Source: a bacterium | GTDB lineage: Bacteria > Armatimonadota > Zipacnadia > Zipacnadales > UBA11051 | Reading direction: 5' to 3' | DNA: 64,000 bases | Assembly: GCA_030604405.1 (NCBI GenBank) | Contig: JAUVVY010000006.1 | Location: 14,589 to 78,588, forward strand | Shown here: one piece after another, positions 54,098 through 63,415 of the stretch | Layout: every line of letters starts with the position of its first letter | Position numbering within the stretch: position 1 is the stretch's first letter | The notes under the pieces: generated by a model | Told to the model about the DNA's origin: nothing | The model's database searches: none | The model's input: the letters and a program-made list of their open reading frames with translations, nothing else | Translations under genes and position numbers: made by a program

Positions 54098-55279
54098 GTG
54101 ACAAGTGAGCAGCAGTTTCCCGAGTGCCGGGTTCTGACAAAGGGCCCCAAGTATCACTATTTCGGCTACTACGACAAGTTCCCCTATGACGCTACGGGCA
54201 GATACCTGCTGGCACTGGAAGTGGATTTCATGGATCGGCCGCCGACGCCCGATGATGCGGCAAGAATCGGGCTGGTTGATCTGGAAGGCAACGGCGAATT
54301 CGAGTCGGTCGCCGAAACCTACGCCTGGAACTGGCAGCAGGGCACGCACCTGCAGTGGCTGGCGACTGCGCCCGACCGCGAGATCATCTACAACATCCGC
54401 GAGGGTGATAAGTACGTGGCCTGTGTCCATGACGTAAAAAGCGGTGAAAAGCGCATCTTGCCGCGACCCATTTATGCAGTAAGCCGCAGCGGCAAGGAGG
54501 CGGTGTCGGTGAACTTCTCGCGCATTCACGCCTGCCGGCCCGGCTACGGCTACAACGGCGTCCCCGACCCCTGGGCTGATGATATTCATCCGCAGGAGGA
54601 TGGCATCTACTGGATGGACCTGCAAACCGGCGAGGCCAAGTTGATTATTTCTATCGCCCAGGCAGCCTCCATCGAACCCGACGACACCATGGACACTGGC
54701 AAGCACTGGTTCAACCACCTACAGTTTTCCACCGATGATTCGCGCTGCCTTTTCCTGCACCGCTGGCACCGGACATTGCCCGACGGCCGGCGGACCTGGT
54801 TCACGCGCCTGTTGACAGCCAATCCCGACGGCTCGGAAGTCTATCTGGTGAACAAGGATGACTTGACCTCGCATTTCGACTGGAAAAGCGGCAACGAGAT
54901 TCTGGCCTGGGCGCGGCAGTTCGGCATCGGCGATTACTACTTCCTGTTTACCGACCAGACCCACGAAGTCGAAATCATCGGCGCGGACGTACTCACATGC
55001 GACGGCCATTGCTCGTATTCACCCGATCGGCGCTTCATTCTCACTGACACCTACCCAGAGGGCGAGGAGCATCTGCGCATGCTGATACTTTACAACAACG
55101 CGACCCGACAGCGTACTGACATTGGCTGCTTCTATTCGCCGCCGGAGCTGCAGGGCGAGATCCGCTGCGATCTGCATCCGCGGTGGAATCGCGACGGTAC
55201 CAAGGTGTGCTTTGACTCGATGCACGAGGGCCCGCGCCAGATCTACGAAATTGATGTTTCTGATATTGTTTCGACTTAG
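54098..55279 (+). CDS. Oligogalacturonate lyase-like / TolB-like beta-propeller
   Basis: HYFGYYDKFP, WNWQQG, WFNHLQFS, GHCSYSPD, RCDLHPRWNRDG. Confidence 0.68.
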   Translation: MTSEQQFPECRVLTKGPKYHYFGYYDKFPYDATGRYLLALEVDFMDRPPTPDDAARIGLVDLEGNGEFESVAETYAWNWQQGTHLQWLATAPDREIIYNIREGDKYVACVHDVKSGEKRILPRPIYAVSRSGKEAVSVNFSRIHACRPGYGYNGVPDPWADDIHPQEDGIYWMDLQTGEAKLIISIAQAASIEPDDTMDTGKHWFNHLQFSTDDSRCLFLHRWHRTLPDGRRTWFTRLLTANPDGSEVYLVNKDDLTSHFDWKSGNEILAWARQFGIGDYYFLFTDQTHEVEIIGADVLTCDGHCSYSPDRRFILTDTYPEGEEHLRMLILYNNATRQRTDIGCFYSPPELQGEIRCDLHPRWNRDGTKVCFDSMHEGPRQIYEIDVSDIVST

Positions 55280-55377
55280 CTGTATGCCAATGCAGGTATT
55301 TGCCCGAGCGGACGGCGAATACTAGCTCAGGTGCTGCTACAGACTGGGAAGTTCACAAACGGATTGGAGGACGTATT

Positions 55378-56703
55378 ATGAGATCCTCTGGGAAAAGGCT
55401 GTTGCTCGTGTCAATGTTGGTACTCGGCCTTCTGCTCGGCGGCCTCGCTCAGATCGCAGTGGCTCAGGACGAGCCGCCGACAGAGCCTGAGCCGCCGGCT
55501 CCGGCCGTACGAGTTAATTCCGCCGAAATCACTGTTACTCAACTCGAAGAGGCGCTGCCTAAGGGTTTTACAGGGCCGGCGCTGAAGCAGCTTATTGATC
55601 GCGAACTCGTGCGCCAGGAGGCAGCCAGGCTCAACGTGGCAGTGACCGAGGAGCAGATAGCGGCTTACATCGCGGCCGCCGACACCCAGATGCCTACTCT
55701 GCGCAGAGCCGGTCGAGAGGGCCTTAGTACCGAGGCACTAAAGACGCAAATGCGATACCAGGCCCTGCTGCACACCTTGATGAGCCAGTTCCGCACCAGG
55801 CTCATCGAGCGCGAGGCTAAGACCTACTACGAGGCCAACAAGTCCAAGTTCTCAGCCGGCCCGCAGGTCCATATCCATGAATTGGTCACGACTGACATCA
55901 AGCAAGCTTACGTGGCTACAGAACGGATTAAGAGTGGCGAGCAATTTGCCGAGGTTGCGGCCGAGCTTTCGATGGAAAACAAGCAATCCGGCGGCGACCT
56001 GGGATGGATGGCACCGCAAGATTACCACCTGGCAAACGAGATAGCGACGATGGGCACCGGCGAGGTGAGCATGCCCATTGCCAAAGGCGGCAAGTACTAC
56101 ATTGTCTATGTCAAGGCAAGAGCCGACGCCAAGCCTGCCGCTTTCGAACAGGTAAAGGATGAACTCGTCGCGCTATTGGCCGGTACCCCGAGGATGAATT
56201 TCTCCGATGATGAATTTCTGGAACTGCTGGCCCGCCGCGCCAATATCGAGGTAACTCACGAGCCGCTCCAGTACCTCAACGCCTACTACAATGATCTCAA
56301 GCGCATCCGTGTGTGCGTCGCAGGCGAAGAGGTGAAGCCGCCCACGTCGGTAGTCCGGCTGGAGTCCGGACATCTCATGATTCCCCTCAAGCCGGTGTTG
56401 CAGGAGATGGAAGCGACCTTGAGTTGGATTCACCAGACGCAGTCGCTGGTTGCGCGCAGCAGGCTGGGCAAGGTGCAGGTGAGCGTCGGCTCCAAACTTG
56501 CGCAAGTGGGTCTGGTGCAGACGAGCGAGATCGAGATGAGCGAGGCGCCGCAGTTGCGCGAAGGCGTGCTATTCGGCTCGCCGAGAGTGATAATCGAGGC
56601 GCTCGGGGGAAGCATATATTGGGACGGTGTGCGCAATTTACTCGAGGTCACGCCGCCGACGTACCCCGAGGATACCCCCGGCGGCCTGCAAGTGGAACCC
56701 TAG
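55378..56703 (+). CDS. Secreted PrsA/SurA-like foldase (parvulin) fused to a copper-amine-oxidase N-terminal-like domain
   Basis: Signal peptide; SurA-N-like helices; GEQFAEVAAELS...SGGDLGW...GEVS; C-terminal MIPLKPV...LSW...EALGGSIYWDG. Confidence 0.8.
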   Translation: MRSSGKRLLLVSMLVLGLLLGGLAQIAVAQDEPPTEPEPPAPAVRVNSAEITVTQLEEALPKGFTGPALKQLIDRELVRQEAARLNVAVTEEQIAAYIAAADTQMPTLRRAGREGLSTEALKTQMRYQALLHTLMSQFRTRLIEREAKTYYEANKSKFSAGPQVHIHELVTTDIKQAYVATERIKSGEQFAEVAAELSMENKQSGGDLGWMAPQDYHLANEIATMGTGEVSMPIAKGGKYYIVYVKARADAKPAAFEQVKDELVALLAGTPRMNFSDDEFLELLARRANIEVTHEPLQYLNAYYNDLKRIRVCVAGEEVKPPTSVVRLESGHLMIPLKPVLQEMEATLSWIHQTQSLVARSRLGKVQVSVGSKLAQVGLVQTSEIEMSEAPQLREGVLFGSPRVIIEALGGSIYWDGVRNLLEVTPPTYPEDTPGGLQVEP

Positions 56704-56726
56704 ATGGGAAGTGCCGAGCCATGCGC

Positions 56727-56763
56727 GAGCAGGGCGGCGCCGATGGCCGCTCTGCTCTTTTTA
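56727..56763 (+). terminator. Rho-independent terminator
   Basis: gagcagggcggc-N7-gccgctctgctc followed by ttttt. Confidence 0.8.
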
Positions 56764-56799
56764 TGGCGTTGAGTTACGGCGGCTCTACTGAGCAGGTAA

Positions 56800-58314
56800 T
56801 TGAAAACCAGCAGGGAAACAATCAATGACCGGTCGCCGCCGGCGTGTTCCCCACACCCTGCCCGTGTTCAGGAGCCAGACTTGCCAGACCAGCAGCCCGC
56901 CAATCTGTCCGACCAAGTCCTCAAGGTGCTTCACGAACGCCCGGACGAATGTGCTTACTGGACACTGATCCGGACGCAGAAGATCCTGCTCGCGGCGGCG
57001 CTGTTGGTTGCCGCTGTGCTGGCGGTCTTTCACGGTTACTTGCTACTGCTGGTACTGAATGCGCTGGCCATCACATTCTATATCGTGCATTCGATGTACA
57101 AGTTCTGGCTCGTATGGCGGTCCCTGGAGCATAAGCGGGAGCTTGCCTACACGCCGCAGGAACTGGCAGACCTCGACGAAGAGCAGCTCCCCACTTACAC
57201 CATCCTGGTGCCGCTTTACCGTGAGGCCGAGGTCTTGCCCAACCTGGTGGCATGTTTGTCCAAACTGGATTACCCGACGGACAAGCTGGATATTATGCTG
57301 CTGATCGAGGAAGATGACGCCGAGACGAAAGAGGCGTGCGACAGTCTGAAGTTGCCGGCGCATTTTCGTCCCATTATCGTCCCCCACAGTGAGCCTAAGA
57401 CCAAGCCAAAAGCGTGCAACTATGGGCTTTACGCCTCCGGAAGCGACCTGCTGGTCATCTACGATGCCGAGGACCGCCCGGAGCCGGACCAATTGAAGAA
57501 GGCCGTGGCTGCGTTCACAGATCTTCCTGATAACGTCATCTGCTTGCAGGCGAAGCTCAATTATTACAATCAGCGCCATAATCTGCTGACGCGCTGGTTC
57601 ACCTCAGAGTACTCGGTATGGTTCGACCTGTTCCTGCCGGGCCTGACTTCCGCCAGAGCGCCGGTGCCGCTGGGCGGGACCTCAAACCACTTCAAGGCGG
57701 ACCCGCTGAAGGAGCTCGGCGGCTGGGACCCCTTCAATGTCACAGAAGACTGTGACCTGGGCATCCGGATGCACAAGCACGGCTGCTACACCGCCATGAT
57801 TGATTCGACGACGTGGGAAGAGGCCAACGGCGAGCTTTTCTCCTGGCTCCGGCAGCGCTCCAGGTGGGTCAAGGGCTACATGCAGACGTATCTGGTGCAC
57901 ATGCGCCGCCCGGTGCAGTTGCTCCGCCAGCTAGGCCCCAGCGGCTTCTTCGCGTTCCAGATGACCATCGGCGGCTCGCTGCTGTGCTTTTTCCTCAACC
58001 CTATCTACTGGCTCATGACCGCCGTGTGGTTCTCGATCCAGCCCGAGATCATCTCGGCGATCTTCCCGCCTGTGATATTCGCCCTCGGCACTTTCTGTCT
58101 CTTCATCGGCAATTTTGTGTTCGTCTATCTCGCGGTTGCCGGCTGCGCCAATCGCCAGTATTACGACCTCATAAAATACGCCGTGCTGACGCCGGCCTAC
58201 TGGTTGCTGATGAGCATCGGGGCTTACAAGGCTCTGGTGCAGCTAATCCATCGGCCCCACTACTGGGAGAAGACGGACCACGGCCGGTTCGGAGGGGGTG
58301 TGCCTGTTGGCTGA
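56800..58314 (+). CDS. Processive GT2 glycosyltransferase (D,D,D,QxxRW)
   Basis: LVPLYRE, TKPKACNYG, YDAED, GGTSNHF, NVTEDCDLG, RQRSRWVKG; two N-terminal and three C-terminal TMs. Confidence 0.92.
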   Translation: MKTSRETINDRSPPACSPHPARVQEPDLPDQQPANLSDQVLKVLHERPDECAYWTLIRTQKILLAAALLVAAVLAVFHGYLLLLVLNALAITFYIVHSMYKFWLVWRSLEHKRELAYTPQELADLDEEQLPTYTILVPLYREAEVLPNLVACLSKLDYPTDKLDIMLLIEEDDAETKEACDSLKLPAHFRPIIVPHSEPKTKPKACNYGLYASGSDLLVIYDAEDRPEPDQLKKAVAAFTDLPDNVICLQAKLNYYNQRHNLLTRWFTSEYSVWFDLFLPGLTSARAPVPLGGTSNHFKADPLKELGGWDPFNVTEDCDLGIRMHKHGCYTAMIDSTTWEEANGELFSWLRQRSRWVKGYMQTYLVHMRRPVQLLRQLGPSGFFAFQMTIGGSLLCFFLNPIYWLMTAVWFSIQPEIISAIFPPVIFALGTFCLFIGNFVFVYLAVAGCANRQYYDLIKYAVLTPAYWLLMSIGAYKALVQLIHRPHYWEKTDHGRFGGGVPVG

Positions 58315-59884
58315 CGCCGACCGCCAGCACAGGCTCATTTCCACCTGGCACAGGGCCGAAGGTCTGCTCCTGTTTGTGTTGACCTACAAGGTCGTCCAGT
58401 ACGCAGGCATGACCGCGCTAGTCTTTCATCAACTGGTCAACTGGGACGGGCTGTCCGCGCTGGCTCACGCGGCTGACGTGCTGTACCGGGAGCCGGCCAT
58501 CAACCTCGCCTTGATCGGCTTTGTGGAGCCGCCGGCGCCGGCCTTACTGTATCTGCCCCTGGTCGCGCTGTCCCCCACTTTGGCCCAGAGCGGCTTCTTC
58601 ACAGCCTACTTCGGGGCGATAATCCTCGGCCTGTGCGCCGTCCTCCTCAATACGCTGGGGCGACGGCTCGGCTTACCGTGGTGGCTGCGCTACCCGCTGG
58701 TGGCCATTATGGTATTGCACCCCGTGTCCCTGAGTTACGCCGCACTCGGCTCCCCGATGACACTGCTTCTGTTTGCTATCCTGGGGATGACCAAGAGCCT
58801 TGCCGCATGGGGCGAAGAGCAGCATCTGCGCGACCTCATCGGCTGTTCGCTGTATGCCACGGTTGCGCTGCTGACCCGCTATGAGGCGGCATTTGTAGTC
58901 GCCGCAGCGGCCCTCTATATAGGCGCACGCTGCGCGATGAGCAAATCGGACCGCTACAGCCGCGTCGAGGGCACGCTGATTGCGTTCCTGCTGCCGATAG
59001 TGTATTTCGGCGGCCTGTGGATAGGGGCCAACTGGCTGATAATGGGCGACCCGTGGCACTCGCTGGCGGCGACCTTCGCCGGCGCCGGTGCTCCGACTGA
59101 AGAGTGGGCATCGGCCGTGCTTGTGCTGCCGCTGCTCATCTTCCCGTTCTGCTATGCACTGGCCTATCATGAGCTGCGACTACTTGGCCCGTGGCGCGGA
59201 GGTGCTGCGGCAGCTCTGCTGATGGTCGCCGCAATTGCCATGCCGCTGCTGTGGCCGCGACTCTACGCAGGCCTCGGCGACGGTGCCTCATGGTGGTCGC
59301 CGCTGGCAAGCGTAAGCGTAACCGTGCTTGCGGCAAGTCTGGTGCTGGCGATGGTGATAGCCGCCAGGTATCTCAACGAGCCCGAAAGCAGGAAGCAGAT
59401 GCACCGGCCTCTGGGAGGCACCGTGGTATTGGCAATCGCCGGTGTCCTGGTGTTGGTTGCAATCCGGCCGATGGGAGCCACGCTGCCGACAAGTGCCGGA
59501 GATGCCCTCAAAGGCTATGTCGCCTTCGCTCACTCCGCCGTGGCCGAACAGGAGGCAGCTCCACGCGTCGCCTTCGAGCTACGCAGAGGCAGACAAGTTG
59601 TCATCGCCGGCTGGCCGGGATTCGCCATAGCGCTTTTTTCGGGGGAAGCCGGCCAGGTCACCGTGTTGCCTGAAGTGAGACCCGATGAGAAAGTCGCCCG
59701 GACTTTGCGCCCAGGCGACTTGCTGGTATTGCTCGAAGGCAGAGATGAGTGGGACGGCGTACTGGGCGACTACGCGACCACGCCCGAGTGGACTGCCGGA
59801 CAATGGCAGGGCCTGCGGATCATTCAAGCCGCCGAAAAGGACGATGCCGCTCCCGGACTACCGCCTCAGTCATCTAGGCCGTAA
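58298..59884 (+). CDS. Polytopic membrane protein, GT-C/PMT-like
   Basis: About 11-12 TMs; loop IGFVEPPAPAL, LLTRYE, YFGGLWIGANWLIMGDP; overlaps the GT2 stop. Confidence 0.65.
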   Translation: MCLLADADRQHRLISTWHRAEGLLLFVLTYKVVQYAGMTALVFHQLVNWDGLSALAHAADVLYREPAINLALIGFVEPPAPALLYLPLVALSPTLAQSGFFTAYFGAIILGLCAVLLNTLGRRLGLPWWLRYPLVAIMVLHPVSLSYAALGSPMTLLLFAILGMTKSLAAWGEEQHLRDLIGCSLYATVALLTRYEAAFVVAAAALYIGARCAMSKSDRYSRVEGTLIAFLLPIVYFGGLWIGANWLIMGDPWHSLAATFAGAGAPTEEWASAVLVLPLLIFPFCYALAYHELRLLGPWRGGAAAALLMVAAIAMPLLWPRLYAGLGDGASWWSPLASVSVTVLAASLVLAMVIAARYLNEPESRKQMHRPLGGTVVLAIAGVLVLVAIRPMGATLPTSAGDALKGYVAFAHSAVAEQEAAPRVAFELRRGRQVVIAGWPGFAIALFSGEAGQVTVLPEVRPDEKVARTLRPGDLLVLLEGRDEWDGVLGDYATTPEWTAGQWQGLRIIQAAEKDDAAPGLPPQSSRP

Positions 59885-60866
59885 CCCTCGCGATATTGAG
59901 GCTGTTCACATCCGCCGTCCCTACTCCCGCCTCGGCAGCCAGCATGATGTGCGACACGTCCTGTGGGGTCTTGCCTAACAGGCCGCAACAGTAGGCGTCC
60001 GCGGCAACCATGTCGGTACTGACAATGAGCTCACCGGGCTTCTCAACTGTGCCGGGGCCCTTCGGCCCGCCGGTAAGCAGCACCCGAGAGGCGTCAATGA
60101 TATTCAGTGTCGGCTGCAGGCCGGTGGCGGCGTCGGCAATGCACTGCTGTAGCCCCGTGCGGTGGTAGGCCCCTCGGTTCCATATTGAGCCCATCTGGTT
60201 CTTCAGCGTCACCGTAACGACCGTGGCGCTATGGACCTTTACAATTGGCATGTTGATATAGACGGTGGATTCGACGATCTGGGTGATGATGCCATCGGAC
60301 TTAAGAGTCTTGCCGTTTGGGTAATTCACCTGTGTGTACATCTGCTCGCTGCCGGGGCAGATCAGCGGCACATTATGCTGCGCACAGACCTGCTTGGCCC
60401 CACTCAGTTCAAAGGTCACCTCAGCCGAATCGCACGGGTGCTCAACCACAACGAGTTCCGCAGGCCCGATCTTCTGCAACTCCTCCAGTACGGCCGTCAG
60501 CACGTCCGGGTGCGTATTTGCGGCTTGCTCGGGCGTGCGCGCCCATGCCAGGTTCGGCTTCAGCACGACCTTATCATCCTTGCCCACAAATTGCTCAAGG
60601 CCACCGTAAGCGCCCAGCGCGGCCACAGTGGTCGCTGCTATATCTTCGCCCTCAGCCACAGCTATATCGCACGGCGGGGTAACCTGTTTCTTCTTGATAG
60701 CGGGACTTGAGCCGATGCCTTGGCCAGAGCCAGGGGCGCCGGCGGGCGCCTCCGCAGCAACCGCGCTATTGGAGCCTGCCTGCGGCCTGCATCCTGAGAA
60801 CAACTTGCTTGCGCCGAGGCCGGCCAATCCCAGCAGACATGTCTTAATGAAGTCCCGTCTGGTCAT
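59874..60866 (-). CDS. DUF362 domain protein with a Tat signal
   Basis: MTRRDFIK twin-Arg; KVVLKPN, THP, INMPIVKVH, TLKNQMG, DMVAADAY. Confidence 0.88.
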   Translation of the reverse strand: MTRRDFIKTCLLGLAGLGASKLFSGCRPQAGSNSAVAAEAPAGAPGSGQGIGSSPAIKKKQVTPPCDIAVAEGEDIAATTVAALGAYGGLEQFVGKDDKVVLKPNLAWARTPEQAANTHPDVLTAVLEELQKIGPAELVVVEHPCDSAEVTFELSGAKQVCAQHNVPLICPGSEQMYTQVNYPNGKTLKSDGIITQIVESTVYINMPIVKVHSATVVTVTLKNQMGSIWNRGAYHRTGLQQCIADAATGLQPTLNIIDASRVLLTGGPKGPGTVEKPGELIVSTDMVAADAYCCGLLGKTPQDVSHIMLAAEAGVGTADVNSLNIARVTA

Positions 60867-61067
60867 ACACAGTCAATCCTCCCAATACTTGATTCAGTAA
60901 TCTCGCCAAAATGAAGGAAATAACCGCAGGCTGGCGAATATTATTCCTTGCACGTGTCGCTTACTTGACAGATTCGACGCGGCTGGCCTCAGTTCCTGCA
61001 AGACGAATGTAATCAGGCCAAGCGCACGAAGTTAGCACAAGCATCAGACTATTCGGAGGTGTCATTG

Positions 61068-62108
61068 ATGAGTATCAAATGGGGAGTTATCGGTGCAGGC
61101 GGGATTGCCGACCGCAGGACCATACCCGAGGGTATCGTCGGCGCCGAAAAAGCCGAGCTGGTCGCAGTCCAGGACATAGACGCCCAGCGTATTGAGGAAG
61201 TGGCCGCCAACTATGGCGTGACCAAGTACGACACAGAGTACGACCTGCTCAATGACGACAACGTTGAGGCCGTCTATATCGCCACTCCCAACCAGCTCCA
61301 CCACGGGCAGGTGCTGGCGGCTGCGGCCGCCGGCAAGGACGTACTGTGCGAAAAGCCGCTGGCCCTGACGCTGGCAGACTCCGAAGAGATGGTCGAGGCC
61401 TGTCGGGACGCGGGAGTCAAACTGGGCATCAACTTCATGATGCGCTTTCACGCCTGCCACACTGCGATCAAGGACATGATTGAGGCCGGCGATCTGGGTA
61501 CATTGGTCATGGGCCGCGCGGAGCTCACCTGCTGGTATCCGCCCATTCCCGGCGCATTCCGCCAGGACCCGGCGCTGGGCGGCGGCGGTGCCTTCGCCGA
61601 CATGGGCAACCACTGCGTTGACCTGTTAGAGATGTTGTTCGGACGCACCGAGCGGGTAAGCTGCTTCATTGCCAACCTCGTGCAGGACTATCCTGCTGAG
61701 GACACTGCGGTGGCCCTGCTGGAGTTCGAGAGCGGAGCCAAGGGTATGGTTGACGCCCTGTTCAATGTCCCGGATGCAGCGGCCCACAACGCCCTCGAAG
61801 TCTATGGCTCGAAGGGTTCGGTCGTCTCCTTCGGCACCATCGGCCAGGAGTCGGGCGGCTCAATAACCGCTGTGCTCGAGACCGGCGACAAGGAGTATGA
61901 CGCCGACCAGGCTCGCGACGAGGACCCCTCGCAGGTAATCGAGCCGGAGCCGGTCAACATCTATGCCGCTCATATCAACGCCTTCTGCGAGGCCATAGAG
62001 AACGATACCGATCCGCCGATTACTGCCGAGGATGGCATCTGGAGCCACAAAGTCATTGAGGCCTGCTACAAATCCGCTCAGACCGGCGAAGCGGTGGACA
62101 TAGAGTAA
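61068..62108 (+). CDS. Gfo/Idh/MocA family oxidoreductase
   Basis: GVIGAGGIA, IATPNQLH, LCEKP, GGGAFADMGNHCVD. Confidence 0.93.
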   Translation: MSIKWGVIGAGGIADRRTIPEGIVGAEKAELVAVQDIDAQRIEEVAANYGVTKYDTEYDLLNDDNVEAVYIATPNQLHHGQVLAAAAAGKDVLCEKPLALTLADSEEMVEACRDAGVKLGINFMMRFHACHTAIKDMIEAGDLGTLVMGRAELTCWYPPIPGAFRQDPALGGGGAFADMGNHCVDLLEMLFGRTERVSCFIANLVQDYPAEDTAVALLEFESGAKGMVDALFNVPDAAAHNALEVYGSKGSVVSFGTIGQESGGSITAVLETGDKEYDADQARDEDPSQVIEPEPVNIYAAHINAFCEAIENDTDPPITAEDGIWSHKVIEACYKSAQTGEAVDIE

Positions 62109-62220
62109 CGGGCCTGAGCACAACGCGCCTCTCTAACGCGTGGGCACCCACGCCAAAGGTGTGGGTCAGCCCGCGAATGCAGCAGATTCATACCGCACGC
62201 GCAAAAAAGGAGCGTGACAA

Positions 62221-63252
62221 ATGCCTACTGCAGTGACCTTTGGCGAAATAATGCTGCGGCTCAAGCCGCCCGAATTCCTCCGCTTCAGCCAGACTAGTGT
62301 CCTGGAGGCGACTTACGGCGGCGGCGAGGCTAACGTCGCCGTCAGCCTGGCCAACTTCGGGGTGGACGCCCGTTTCGTCACCGCACTTCCTGACAATCTC
62401 ATCGGCGACGCCTGCCTCAACTCCGTCCGCCAGTACGGCGTGGACACCAGCCACATCCTTCGCCAGGGCGAGCGCCTGGGCATCTATTTCCTCGAAGCCG
62501 GCGCGGTGCAGCGGCCCTCCAAGGTCATCTATGACCGCACCGATTCAGCCATTTCCCAGGTCAAGCCCGGCGACATCGACTGGGAGGCCGCTTTCGACGG
62601 CGCAGACTGGTTCCACTGGACCGGCATCACTCCCGCCATATCGGAGGCAGCAGCCGCTGTGGTCAAGGAGGCGCTGGAGATCGCCAAGGCCAAGGGCCTC
62701 AAAATCTCCGCTGACCTCAACTATCGCAAGAACCTCTGGAAATGGGGCAAGGCCCCCGGCGAGGTCATGCCGGGGCTGGTCGAGTACATTGATGTCGCAG
62801 TCGGCAACGAAGAGGACGCCGACAAGGTATTCGGCATTGCAGCCCCCGGAGCAGATGTCGAGGGCGGCCACGTCGAGGCAGACGCCTACCGCTATGTCGG
62901 CGAGAAGCTGATGGAGCGCTTCCCCAATCTCAGTACCGTGTGCATCACCCTGCGCGGCAGCATCAGCGCCTCCCACAACACCTGGAGCGGCGTGCTTTAC
63001 GATGGAAGCGACATGTATGTCGGCCCGGAATACGACATCACCCACATCGTGGATCGCGTTGGCGGTGGCGACAGCTTCGCAGCCGGCATGATTTACTCGA
63101 TGCTCTCCGGCAAGAGCCCGCAGGAAATTCTCGACTTCGCCGTCTCAGCAAGCTGCCTCAAGCACTCTATCCACGGCGACCCCAATATGGTCAATGTGGC
63201 CGAGGTCGAGCATCTGATGGAATCCGGCGGTTCCGGCCGCGTGCAGCGCTAG
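62221..63252 (+). CDS. kdgK: 2-keto-3-deoxygluconate kinase-like PfkB kinase
   Basis: VTFGEIMLRL, GGGEANVAVSLA, DLNYRKNLW, GNEED, DRVGGGDSFAAG. Confidence 0.85.
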   Translation: MPTAVTFGEIMLRLKPPEFLRFSQTSVLEATYGGGEANVAVSLANFGVDARFVTALPDNLIGDACLNSVRQYGVDTSHILRQGERLGIYFLEAGAVQRPSKVIYDRTDSAISQVKPGDIDWEAAFDGADWFHWTGITPAISEAAAAVVKEALEIAKAKGLKISADLNYRKNLWKWGKAPGEVMPGLVEYIDVAVGNEEDADKVFGIAAPGADVEGGHVEADAYRYVGEKLMERFPNLSTVCITLRGSISASHNTWSGVLYDGSDMYVGPEYDITHIVDRVGGGDSFAAGMIYSMLSGKSPQEILDFAVSASCLKHSIHGDPNMVNVAEVEHLMESGGSGRVQR

Positions 63253-63276
63253 GCACCACCACGCGCAACCGGCATC

Positions 63277-63308
63277 AAAAGGAGACCCAACTTAGGTCTC
63301 CTTTTTTT
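63277..63308 (+). terminator. Rho-independent terminator (bidirectional-type)
   Basis: aaaaggagacc-caactta-ggtctcc followed by a run of 7 T. Confidence 0.88.
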
Positions 63309-63415
63309 ATGAGACCACGCCGTCCGAATTGCAGGCATCCTGCGACCAGCCGAGGAAATCTAGCCCACGTCCAGACTTGCGAAGTACACTGCCGACACAA
63401 GGAGGCTCCAAAGCA

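Noticed and set aside
53952-54140. 62-aa N-terminal extension of the archease ORF
   Set aside because: The family domain starts at VEAGYRTIDH; the extension covers the promoter and overlaps the divergent gene.
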